Of a stretch of 64,000 nt of DNA, positions 50,654 through 60,264 are shown piece by piece. Every line of letters begins with the position of its first letter. Position 1 is the first letter of the stretch. Where the stretch lies: positions 26,181 through 90,180 of the forward strand of contig CAYSUI010000003.1 in NCBI GenBank assembly GCA_964434195.1. Reading direction: 5' to 3'. The position numbers and the translations under genes are program-made. The DNA comes from an uncultured Candidatus Saccharibacteria bacterium (GTDB lineage: Bacteria; Patescibacteriota; Doudnabacteria; UBA920). The notes beneath the pieces are model-generated. The model was not told the DNA's origin. It made no database searches and was given only the letters and a program-made list of their open reading frames with translations.

Positions 50654-51274
50654 TTGATAAAGTTTTCTTTATTATTGGGTATTAGCCTGTTTTTTTGTTG
50701 CCCTGAGGTAATGGCGCAAAAAAGAGCGAGTTGTGGAAGTAATTCCAAAGAATTCAATTCGCGTCCTTTTAAGACAATGCTTGTTCCAAAGGATAAAGTG
50801 GAGTCGACCATACGGCGATTGCCTTATGAGGAACAGGAAGATGCCCGAGCGAGAATAAGAGATGGTTGGCAACTGGGAGTAATCCGAGCTACGGTACATG
50901 CCACAGCATACCACCAGACTGGCAACCGAACCTCTACTCTCGTAAAGCCTGAGCAGAAACTAGGAGTAGCCGCGAACTTCCATTATTTCCCGCTCGCAAC
51001 TTTTATTTACATCCCTGAAGTGGGCTGGCGTCATGTCAACGACAAGGGGGGTCCTGCTGTACAGGGTTGGGAAATTGATATTTTCTTTACCTGTACGAAG
51101 GAGAGTTGTAAGTGTAGAAAATTTGGGAACAAGCACTACAAGGATCTGGTAGTTTTATTTCCAAGTAGACAGTATTGCCCTAGTGATACTGCTGTCTTTG
51201 AAAAACAATTACCACAGAAAACAAAGAACATGCAAAATTCAGGTAAAACTGTAGCGGTTAGTAGCATAAACTAA
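50654..51274 (+). CDS. Secreted 3D-domain (MltA-like) protein
   Basis: ATAY, VAAN..FPL.T.IYIP, DKGG, IDIFF; signal peptide VMA|Q. Confidence 0.8.
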   Translation: MIKFSLLLGISLFFCCPEVMAQKRASCGSNSKEFNSRPFKTMLVPKDKVESTIRRLPYEEQEDARARIRDGWQLGVIRATVHATAYHQTGNRTSTLVKPEQKLGVAANFHYFPLATFIYIPEVGWRHVNDKGGPAVQGWEIDIFFTCTKESCKCRKFGNKHYKDLVVLFPSRQYCPSDTAVFEKQLPQKTKNMQNSGKTVAVSSIN

Positions 51275-51315
51275 TTAACCAATACAAAAACCGACCACGG
51301 GGTCGGTCTTTTTTT

Positions 51316-52329
51316 CTATCTTTTATTTATTAAATTTACAATGAGCTTTACCATGGTGTCTTTCTGAGCTGGACTACTCTCTGCTACTAATAAAGCGAGC
51401 GCTGCGAGGGCTGTGTCGTTTATTTTTCTTTCGCCCCTCTTGTTGTAGAGATAATTATTTTCTACTAGGTAGAGCAGGAACAGCAACGAACCGATTCTTT
51501 TGTTACCGTCGGCGAAGGGATGGTCTTTTATAGTGAAATACAGAATGTGGGCTGCGCGTTCTTCTATGCTTTCGTAAAGGGGTTTGCTTTGGAAAGTTTG
51601 TTCGACGTTTCCGAGAAGTGCTTTAAGTTTGAATTCGACTTCCCTACCGAATAGCTGACTCGCTTCCCTATTTTTAATGAGCCGGGATTTGAATTGCTCG
51701 ATGGATTTTTTTACTTTTTCGTAATTTAATTTATACGAAATTTTTTTAGTGACGTTTTCTATAGCGAGACTATCTTCGTCGTACTTATTTAGCAGGACCC
51801 AAGTATTGGCGTAGTCGGTAATTATTTTAAGTAAGTCTTTTTCATAACCGTCTATGCGGTTAGTCTCGAGTGCGTTTTGGAAAAGTTTTATGGTGCTTTC
51901 CAGTTCTTTAAGTTTTACTTCTTGGCGTTCTTTAAGACGGTCGGCATTAACTATGTAGCCTTTTAGAATGTAGTCGCGGAGTTTCTGGGTTGCCCAAATA
52001 CGGAACTGGGTGCCACGCTTGGACTTTACCCTGTAGCCAACGGAGATAATGACGTCGAGATTATAAAATGTAGTAGGTCTATTTATACTTATACCGGAAT
52101 TTCCGGTATTGGCTTGTTTAAGCGAAGTTTTTTCACGCGAAAGCTCCCCTTCTTTAAAAATATTACTTATGTGCTCGTTTATAGTATTAACGTCTTTCTG
52201 GAATAATTCAGCCATTTGTGCGGGCGACAACCAGACAGATTCGTTTGCAAGATTTACTTTAATAGTGGGACCGTTCGAATCTTTATAAATTACTATTTCA
52301 CCTTTTGGCTGTTCTTTTATTTCTCGCAT
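51316..52329 (-). CDS. Virulence RhuM / Fic-DOC fusion protein
   Basis: VWLSPAQMAELF, YNLDVIISVGYRVKSKRGTQFRIWA; HPFADGNKRIG. Confidence 0.93.
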   Translation of the reverse strand: MREIKEQPKGEIVIYKDSNGPTIKVNLANESVWLSPAQMAELFQKDVNTINEHISNIFKEGELSREKTSLKQANTGNSGISINRPTTFYNLDVIISVGYRVKSKRGTQFRIWATQKLRDYILKGYIVNADRLKERQEVKLKELESTIKLFQNALETNRIDGYEKDLLKIITDYANTWVLLNKYDEDSLAIENVTKKISYKLNYEKVKKSIEQFKSRLIKNREASQLFGREVEFKLKALLGNVEQTFQSKPLYESIEERAAHILYFTIKDHPFADGNKRIGSLLFLLYLVENNYLYNKRGERKINDTALAALALLVAESSPAQKDTMVKLIVNLINKR

Positions 52330-52429
52330 GTTTTTATTTGCTAGATAATCTTTAAATATATACTATACGTTCGTTCACCTTATTGCAAGGGCTAGTTATC
52401 CACAAAAAAGATAGAAAGTAGATTCTCGG

Positions 52430-53345
52430 CTATTGTGTGTTTTTTTCGATCGTTGCTAAAAGATCTCGCAGATCATTTGCGGTTGCTTGTTCAGCAGAGA
52501 TGATTTGTTCCTGGGTTGCTCCTAGCGAAGGAATGTCACTCGGGGACCAAAGGACGAAAATATTTTTAGTATATGACGCTCCGGGTCTAAATGTATCTCT
52601 TCGACCGGCGAACTTGTTCACTACTTCGGAAGACATGACTTTTCTTATCTTTGCACTTTGCATAATCAAACTTTCTGCCAATGGCACTTTAGTTAAACCG
52701 ATTTCTCCTGGGTACTTTGCATGCGGAAGTACGAGTAAATTCACATCTCTTGGGTTATAACCAGATTCTTTAATTATGTGTTCGGCAGGTAGCTGGTCTA
52801 GTCCCCCATCTGTATGGAACTCATTGCCCACTTCTTTTGTGTTTTTTGTTAAACCTGGAATGGTCATGGAGGCTTCTAGCACTTGCCAGAATTTTTCTTC
52901 GGACATTTCTTTTACCGAATGACTTACTAACTCCCCTGTCTTGGAATTGGTTGTCATTATATATGTACCGTGAGGCGTACTCCTTAGCTCTTCAAATTTT
53001 ATTGGATAAGGTCCATATTTTAATGTCTCCATTAAACCATGTATATCTACTGTTTCATTTGGTGAAGAAATTAATTTTCGCTCTTCAAAGAATCTCCTCC
53101 CTGAACCATGCAAAGTGCGTGCTCATGAGACAAATTCTTCATATTTTTTTTACCAATTTCTAAACTATCTTTTGATGTGGCATAGGATCCTATAGCTGCA
53201 CCTGTAGATTGCCCGTAGATTATATCTACTGCAACATCTAGCCCATGCTCAAACAAAACTTCCATTTGTGCAGCACCAATGGCCCCAGATGCCCCACCAC
53301 CACTTATTAAAATTATTGTTCGGACCTGAGAAAGCCACTTGGGAC
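52430..53345 (-). pseudogene. Patatin-like phospholipase pseudogene
   Basis: GGGASG and GQSTG in one frame, DGG in another; frameshift at 8-mer homopolymer 53144-53151 plus in-frame TGA; no start codon. Confidence 0.8.
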
Positions 53346-53614
53346 ACCTTTAATGTGACAAGTTATGCTTGGCAAAATTTTTACTTAAAGACCCCTCGCA
53401 TAGTTTATAGCTAAATGAAATTTAGACCTACATTAATCATCGTATAATTTAAAGTTGTGGTATCTATGCACTTTATATGATCTTCTATAGAAAAATTAAT
53501 GCCTGCACTTATATACAAAAGAGATGAATCTATTTTTTAGTAAGGGTTTAAGAAATGCTCCGATAAATAAAAATAGAGAGGAATATATCCTACCGATATT
53601 CAACTCTCTAAAAT

Positions 53615-54757
53615 TTAGACTATTTCTTGAAACTCAGATACGGTAAGGCGGAGGTATTTTGGGTCGTCTATGTAGATACCTACCTCGGCCCACTGGGCTT
53701 CGGTGACGGCGGTGTATTCTTTTGTGGGCATGATACCGGGATGATCTCCGCGCGGGTCTATCCACCGTGTGGCGGCTTGGCCGTCGGTTTTTCTGCGCCA
53801 GCGGAGATATCTGACCGCTTCGACTCGGTACTTTCGCTGTGGGTCGCCGGGAGCAGCGAAACGAACCACTTCGTAGGTTCCGTCTCCCTGATCCACAATA
53901 ATAGTGGTTTCATAGCGTTTTTTCCGCGCGGTCTCGACGCGAGTCTCAAGATCGGCCGGTGGCTCGGTGAGGATAAGTTCAATTACCGAACCCCCTCCCC
54001 AACCGCGTCTGTCCGGACCTTCGCAGACTTTGACGTGTACACACCGGGAGCCGAAGATTTTTTGGAATTCAACCTTGAGGCTTGATTTGGCTTTCGCCGA
54101 ATCCACTAACCCCCAGCCACCACTGGCTTTTATGAATGTACTAGCTTTATTCGAACGTCCCTGTTGGAACGTGCCGTGGTTGTGCAGGCGGAGAAGGACC
54201 ACTTCCTCTTTTGTCATCCTCTCCGGTATTGGTGCCGGTGGCAGATCCACCTGGTTCCAGCCGCCAGGAATTTTTTCTATTGCACCTCCGGTCCAGCGAC
54301 GAAGGACTGGCGTCTCACCCCAACCGCACTGTGGGCAGTTGTTCGGGAATACCTTTTCGTGCCAGAGCTTAGTCATACGGAACGCGAGTTTGTAGTCACA
54401 GAATTCAGCGGGGCGAATTTGTTCGCCTGGATTGTAGCGGTAGCCGCAACCCGAGCAAAGGATTACGAGATAAGGTTCTTCTCCAGCGTTTTCGTCAGGA
54501 CGGACCACCGGAAGCCAACCTTTTTTTGTTTTTTCCCAAAGGTCGCGTTTGACCGTGCGGGTGAGTGTATCGCGCTCGAAACACACGAATTTCGAGTCTG
54601 GGTACTTACCTCCGTACTTCGAAAAAAAATCGAGTTCGTCTTGGACTTCCACGTAGTACTCATTTGCGAACCCGAAACCCGAGCGATACCCGTCCTCACC
54701 CGGAACCTTACTGCTGAAACTCTTGAAAAATACTGCACTTAACTTTGCCATATTCAT
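53615..54757 (-). CDS. Hypothetical protein with putative zinc ribbon
   Basis: CSGCG...CPQCG; AAGGAG SD; GC-richer than flanks. Confidence 0.75.
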   Translation of the reverse strand: MNMAKLSAVFFKSFSSKVPGEDGYRSGFGFANEYYVEVQDELDFFSKYGGKYPDSKFVCFERDTLTRTVKRDLWEKTKKGWLPVVRPDENAGEEPYLVILCSGCGYRYNPGEQIRPAEFCDYKLAFRMTKLWHEKVFPNNCPQCGWGETPVLRRWTGGAIEKIPGGWNQVDLPPAPIPERMTKEEVVLLRLHNHGTFQQGRSNKASTFIKASGGWGLVDSAKAKSSLKVEFQKIFGSRCVHVKVCEGPDRRGWGGGSVIELILTEPPADLETRVETARKKRYETTIIVDQGDGTYEVVRFAAPGDPQRKYRVEAVRYLRWRRKTDGQAATRWIDPRGDHPGIMPTKEYTAVTEAQWAEVGIYIDDPKYLRLTVSEFQEIV

Positions 54758-54874
54758 ACTGTCTCCTTATTGTTGATGTTGTTGATTTTGAATTCTTTAT
54801 TTAAATAGATGATTACCTTCCCCTACTTAAATAAAGGGGGGTGACAAAGATTGACTTCGTCACCTCCGAAAGAC

Positions 54875-56962
54875 TTACAGTTTTGAAGCAATGTTAATGC
54901 CATAGGTTTTTTCGACCTCGGCAATTTTTTCGCACTGCGCAAGCGTTAGGCCTGCTTTCGGGATGAAAGATTCTACTTCGGGATGTTCGTCTCGTTTCGA
55001 TTCTTTCTTCCAAGAGAAATACATCTCACCTGCCTCGCCGTCCACGAAATCCCACTCGTACCTACCTTCTGCCTTGCGGGGTCGGCAGTAGTTGCGATCA
55101 GCCTCGCGCTCGGTACCGTCGGCACGTAGAACATAACCACCGCTCCAGCCGCCCTCACAGTAGACCTCGAGTTGCAAGTAGATCTCGCCAGCCCTGTGAC
55201 GCTCGATGAGTGGGTCGAGGGAGTCCATGAGCGCGTCGTACTCCGCGACTTTCGCTAGAAATGCGTCGCGGAGTCCCCACTGATCTTCGACCGGCAGCTC
55301 GGCGAACTTCTTGCCTTGCTGTTCCTCCACAAAATTTTGCAGACTGCTACGCTGTCCCCAATTGAGGAAGTCGTAGCGGCCGTCGTTTTCGTAGAGGTCG
55401 AACAGGTCGTCCCAGGCTTCGGCGAGCAACGTGGCGATGGGCGCGTCGATTGGGTTTTCCGGCTCATGGTCCCACCAGGTGAACCACTCGCCTTCGAGTT
55501 GTTCGAATTCGCCACCGATGAGTTCGGCGTCTTCACGCGACATGACGAAGTGAAACTTGTCGTCGTACATGATTCGGCCGTGCGGTACGTGTTTTAGGCC
55601 TGGGTGGTTCTCGATGACTACCCAGGGTCCCGCGAACGAGCGGAGCGGCATGAGTGCTAGGATTTCATCCGTCAAACTTTCGGCAAACTTACTTACTTCG
55701 TCTGAGTCTGGAAACTCGAACGAAGCAATTTCCTTCTTCACCCAGCCGAGGATTTGCCGGCGAACCCCTTCGCGGGAAAAGTCTTCGTGTACGTCGAAGA
55801 TTCGACTATGTACGTTGGTTTTCCCGAGACCTTTTTCGTGATCCTCGCGGCCAAGCAACAGCTCGCAATCGTATTTGACGACCACGGCCGGATGGCGCTC
55901 GCTCCACGTTCTTGTGCTTGTGGTAAAGCCGCACAGCTCGTCACTGTCGCGGCCGTTCCACTCCGATACTTCCTCGCTATAGTAGAACGTCCACACCTCG
56001 GCCCTCACTTCGAACTTGCGCTCGCCTGCGAGTTGCGTGAGCTGCGGCAGCGCGCTCCAGGTTTTCACTTGGGTGATAAGCGCGTCCGCCTCGGCTTCGA
56101 AGCCGCCCTGAGCGGAAGCTTCAACTTTGGGGTATAGCCCGAAAGTTTTACCCCAAATTTCTTTTCCACCTTGAAGAACTTTCCAGCGCTGACTCACCCG
56201 CTCTGGTTGCTTGACCCAGCCGCGAGTTTGCAATTTCGGAGGATCAAAGGTAATTGGCGCTTCGAGTTCGAAACTGAGTTGCTCGTCGCATGACCTAACC
56301 TTGAATTCCCATCGCAGACGGATTTTAGCTTCGGCCAATTTCTCCTCCATAACTGTTGGCCAGACATTTTTCATGCTGTCCCAGCCTTTTCGTTCGCTCA
56401 CCACTTCATGCACGCCCAGATCAATTTTAGGAACCCAGCCGCGGCCGTTGATTTCGATTCTGACTTTTTGAATGACCCGATAGACGGGGCCATTCTCTAA
56501 GTCTGCGGAAACAAATTCGGCTCTGGGATTCTCTCCGCTGACGCTGACCGCGTACAGCAGCTCAAATCCGCCGCCGATATTGCCGCTACCGCCACTGATT
56601 GGAAGTGTGGCGCCGATGAGCGCCAGGACTTCCGTCGGGTTTTGCTCGAAGCGAAGTTTTTCGGATTCTTGCTTCGCGAGAATTTCCTGGCGGTTTTTTT
56701 CTTCCGCCTCAACCCTCTGCTTTTCGGCTTCGAGCTGTTTGTTGTGTTCCTCGAAGGTCTGAGCGCTCGTTGCGCTCCAACCTTTGTCGGTTTGCTCGGT
56801 GGAAATGACCCAAATCATTTTTCTCGCCAGATCTGATCCGGCGGGAACTTGGGGTGAGAAGGATTTACGGTGAATGAAAAACTTTTTTCCGCCGTACTGA
56901 AAAAAACCGAACCCTTTATCCGAGAACCACGTTGAAATCGTTGCCTCAAACTGTTGGTACAT
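54875..56962 (-). CDS. Large protein with N-terminal cold-shock (CSD) domain
   Basis: TWFSDKGFGFF (RNP1), FFIHRK (RNP2), then coiled coil and unknown domains; GC-rich codons. Confidence 0.8.
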   Translation of the reverse strand: MYQQFEATISTWFSDKGFGFFQYGGKKFFIHRKSFSPQVPAGSDLARKMIWVISTEQTDKGWSATSAQTFEEHNKQLEAEKQRVEAEEKNRQEILAKQESEKLRFEQNPTEVLALIGATLPISGGSGNIGGGFELLYAVSVSGENPRAEFVSADLENGPVYRVIQKVRIEINGRGWVPKIDLGVHEVVSERKGWDSMKNVWPTVMEEKLAEAKIRLRWEFKVRSCDEQLSFELEAPITFDPPKLQTRGWVKQPERVSQRWKVLQGGKEIWGKTFGLYPKVEASAQGGFEAEADALITQVKTWSALPQLTQLAGERKFEVRAEVWTFYYSEEVSEWNGRDSDELCGFTTSTRTWSERHPAVVVKYDCELLLGREDHEKGLGKTNVHSRIFDVHEDFSREGVRRQILGWVKKEIASFEFPDSDEVSKFAESLTDEILALMPLRSFAGPWVVIENHPGLKHVPHGRIMYDDKFHFVMSREDAELIGGEFEQLEGEWFTWWDHEPENPIDAPIATLLAEAWDDLFDLYENDGRYDFLNWGQRSSLQNFVEEQQGKKFAELPVEDQWGLRDAFLAKVAEYDALMDSLDPLIERHRAGEIYLQLEVYCEGGWSGGYVLRADGTEREADRNYCRPRKAEGRYEWDFVDGEAGEMYFSWKKESKRDEHPEVESFIPKAGLTLAQCEKIAEVEKTYGINIASKL

Positions 56963-57131
56963 TAGTTGCCCCCTAAATATTTTCAAAGTTATTACCAATT
57001 TTAGAAATTCGATAGTTCTGCTCTGTTGCAGGTATTAAATTTCCAAAAAAGGCGGGGAGTACTTTATTCTCTCCTCTTACTGTTCTGTATAAGGAATTGA
57101 ATGTGAGCATTTTATTTTGAGTTTAAGCGTT

Positions 57132-57160
57132 AGTATACTATAAATTTATATAAATGTCAA
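57132..57160 (-). promoter_or_regulatory. Sigma70-type promoter for CSD-protein gene
   Basis: TTGACA-17-TATACT. Confidence 0.7.
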
Positions 57161-57355
57161 TAATATTGATACAAAATTATATATTTTGTAATATATATAA
57201 ATAAAAATAAGCTTTCTATGCTTGTTTTTATAAGTTATTTTGTAACAAATGTGTTTACAAAAATTATAGAGTGTGATATAATTACATTAGAATATCGATT
57301 AAATCTCATAGATTCCCGAATGATTTCGGGAATAACACAGGAGCAAATTAATACT

Positions 57356-58141
57356 ATGAATATTCCACACAACCATACTTATTTTGAACATCTTACCCTT
57401 GCTGGACTTACTTCTCAGCAGGCTTTGGTGTATGAGTCTTTACTTAGGGGTGGAGCTCGGGCGGCGAGTAAAGTTGCAAATGATACACATTTAGAAAGGG
57501 TTATTGCGTACCGTGTGCTCGACCAGCTTTTAGAAATGGGATTGGTAAATAAAAAGGACGACCCGGGTAAAGTGGCGCGTTTTGAAGCGGCGCATCCCAG
57601 CCGTATTCAGGAGCTTATTGAACAAAGAGAAAAAGATGCACGGACTGCAAAAGAGTCTTTTGCTTCGGTGCTTTCTTCTCTTTCTTCTGAGTACAGCTTG
57701 TCGGTTGGGAAACCTTCGGTGCAATTTTTTGAAGGACTGGAAGGAATTCGTACGGTGGCATTCGATAACTTAACTGCAAGAGGCGAGATACTCGCCTACC
57801 TCGACATGTCGGTTATTCAGGCGCATCTAAAAGACCTTAACGATGAGTATGTTAAGGTCAGAAGACGACTTAAAATAAAGAAACGAAATTTAGTTAATGA
57901 TACTCCGGAAAACCGCGTGTATTTAGCAGACTACCACCGTGATATTACAGATATTCGCTTAGTAGACCGTGCTCACTCCCCCATGCAGTTTAAGAGCATG
58001 CTTCAGATTTACGACAACAAAATTAGCTATATGACTTTTGAAAAAAACAAATACATTGGAGTTATTATTGAAGACGCGCATATCGCAGAACTACATAGAC
58101 AGCTGTATGAATTTACTTGGGAGAAAGCACGGGCATTATAA
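57356..58141 (+). CDS. TrmB-family transcriptional regulator
   Basis: GLTSQQALVYESLL wHTH, KPSVQFFEGLEGI, IYDNKISY...GVIIED. Confidence 0.88.
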   Translation: MNIPHNHTYFEHLTLAGLTSQQALVYESLLRGGARAASKVANDTHLERVIAYRVLDQLLEMGLVNKKDDPGKVARFEAAHPSRIQELIEQREKDARTAKESFASVLSSLSSEYSLSVGKPSVQFFEGLEGIRTVAFDNLTARGEILAYLDMSVIQAHLKDLNDEYVKVRRRLKIKKRNLVNDTPENRVYLADYHRDITDIRLVDRAHSPMQFKSMLQIYDNKISYMTFEKNKYIGVIIEDAHIAELHRQLYEFTWEKARAL

Positions 58142-58150
58142 AACCCCGCG

Positions 58151-59317
58151 CTAGGCGGGGCGTGGTGCATCGGGTGGAATTTCTAGCTCTACTCTTGGTT
58201 CGCCGGTTTCTAAAGTAAAATGTCGTCCTTCTCTGAAACCCATTTTTATATATTTAGGAAGCATAGGTTGATTGGGACTGGTTATGCTTCTTATTTTTAT
58301 ATTTCTTTTTCGTTCATCGGTAAGTGTTTGGCTCAAAAATAACTCACCCACTTTTTCTTTCTGATAGCTTTTGCGTACATTAAACCCACCGGCATATATA
58401 CTCTTTACCTCTCCGTCTTCGCCGCGCTCGTCTATATAATAGACTCCGGCGACTATTATTTCTTTGTCCTTTAATACCGCGAGCTTTGCTTTGGGGTTAT
58501 TTTTGAGCTCATTAAATTTACGGTTTAGTTCTTCGATATACTCACTTGAAGTTTTTTCTTCCCCTTCTTTTGTTATCCAATTTTCTGTGTTTATTTCTAT
58601 GAGAGCCTGGATATTTTCTGGTGGTATATTGTTTCCGTAGTCAGATTCAATAGTTAGAGTCTTTATTTTATGAAGTGAAAAATCTGGATCGCTTTCTAGA
58701 GCGGCACGAATGGTTTGTGTGGTTAGCAGTGCGTCTGCGTTAATATGTGCAAGCTCTTTGGGTGATTGCTCGCTAGTTACATATGAAAGACTTATGCCTG
58801 TACCCTGATTACCGAGGACACGAGCTGCACGGTGTATAAGGTTTTGCTTTGCTAATGTACTTACTGCTCCTTTTTTGACATCTTCTGCCTGAAACGATTC
58901 CTCCACAAAGGTGTCGACTTTTTCGGCGTTGTCTAGAATTGCGTTAAACGTAGACATTAATTCGGATACTGCGCGAATGTCTCTTACGTTGCGGGTGAGT
59001 GAAACAAGCGTTAGGGCGTAGTCTTCACTTACTTCGGCTACAGAAAACCCACTTAATAACTCTACCTGAGTTTGTTCGGGCAGCCTTTGTATTCCGGAAC
59101 GGAGCTGTGCTGTTGCACCTGTTGGGTATTCTGCGTATTTCTGCAAAAATTTTGCTAAAGGAACTTTTGCGCGGTCTGGTATTTTGTAGGCTGTACTAAT
59201 ATTTAGTACAGCGTCTATATATTCTGTTTCTTTCCCTTCTTGGTATTCTAAAGATTCTGTTTCTGAAGGGACATAAGAGTCGTGTGGGTTATGTCCGGGA
59301 GTATGGAATTCAAGCAT
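58151..59317 (-). CDS. Helical protein with C-terminal GNAT acetyltransferase domain
   Basis: FNVRKSYQKEKVGE (motif A-like), YIKMGF. Confidence 0.7.
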   Translation of the reverse strand: MLEFHTPGHNPHDSYVPSETESLEYQEGKETEYIDAVLNISTAYKIPDRAKVPLAKFLQKYAEYPTGATAQLRSGIQRLPEQTQVELLSGFSVAEVSEDYALTLVSLTRNVRDIRAVSELMSTFNAILDNAEKVDTFVEESFQAEDVKKGAVSTLAKQNLIHRAARVLGNQGTGISLSYVTSEQSPKELAHINADALLTTQTIRAALESDPDFSLHKIKTLTIESDYGNNIPPENIQALIEINTENWITKEGEEKTSSEYIEELNRKFNELKNNPKAKLAVLKDKEIIVAGVYYIDERGEDGEVKSIYAGGFNVRKSYQKEKVGELFLSQTLTDERKRNIKIRSITSPNQPMLPKYIKMGFREGRHFTLETGEPRVELEIPPDAPRPA

Positions 59318-59363
59318 AAGTTTTATATTATAGAAATAGTATAGCGAAGAGTAGGAAGATATT

Positions 59364-59393
59364 AAAAAAGCGCAGCGGGTTAACACTGCGCTT
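59364..59393 (-). terminator. Intrinsic terminator
   Basis: AAGCGCAG...CTGCGCTT then T-tract on minus strand. Confidence 0.7.
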
Positions 59394-59743
59394 GTTTAAT
59401 TTTCGCTACTTCCGGATTCTGGGCTCAATTATGTTAAGCGCACAAGAGGAAGCTTAACGTTGGTACGTAGCTTGATCAACCGGGAAAGCCCGACTCTGAT
59501 TCGCAAGCTCTTAAAAACTTGGGAAGCTTCCTTCAGGAGCAAAACCATTTCTATTTTCTGGTACTATAAATTCTCCTAACATTTATAGATTTTGATTTCC
59601 ATGACTTTACGGGTTGCACCTGTCATGGGCGGTTTAGAGCATTGTACTCCCTTTTCTAGATTCTGTTTAGAATCCAGGAAAGGGAGCGCGAAAGAAAATT
59701 CTTTCGCGGCCAATGTTTATAGCACATTGGCAAAGCGTAAAAA

Positions 59744-60082
59744 TCATTCGGCAACGTCATATTTCCACATCGGGATTATGACGTAGTTGCCGCCCCAACG
59801 CTTGTTAGCAAAGTCAAATGCGTGACGGGCTTTGTGCCCGTCTTTGAAGGTCGATCTTACGACCAACCTTGTCATTAATTCTTCTATTGATTCCCAATCC
59901 CCTCTGGGGACCAGAAAGAATTCTCCGCAGCGAGTGGAAATGCTACTGAGAGCGTAGGCGCAGTTGAGTTGCGCCTCGAGGCACTCTTTGTGCCCTAGTG
60001 CTTCACAACCCAAACCACACTTGGTGGCCAAGGTTGTCATTTTTTTAAGCCACTCCATAGTTTCCTCGAATCTGTATGCCAT
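59744..60082 (-). CDS. Small hypothetical protein (Cys-rich)
   Basis: AGGAGG SD; long structured leader and own promoter. Confidence 0.7.
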   Translation of the reverse strand: MAYRFEETMEWLKKMTTLATKCGLGCEALGHKECLEAQLNCAYALSSISTRCGEFFLVPRGDWESIEELMTRLVVRSTFKDGHKARHAFDFANKRWGGNYVIIPMWKYDVAE

Positions 60083-60264
60083 AAATCCTCCTGTGCCGTT
60101 TTAAGCCCGGCAGGCTTTTATATAACTGTCCTGGCGTTCGCCAGAAAGCGGAGTTTCCTCCTCTTGAAAGAAAACTATTTTTCTGCCCAGAGGAGGAAGC
60201 TACCTTTCGGACCAATTTATATGAGCTTAAAAACTAATCCTTATTTGTTTTTATTTGAAAGATC

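Noticed and set aside
34900-51274. Prophage or conjugative-element interpretation of the island (SLT and M23 present)
   Set aside because: No integrase, terminase, capsid, holin, relaxase or VirB4/VirD4 is present; genes alternate strands and are mostly monocistronic.
53120-53130. In-frame TGA in patatin as evidence for genetic code 25 or selenocysteine
   Set aside because: All long conserved genes are intact under code 11, several genes end in TGA, and the locus has other lesions.
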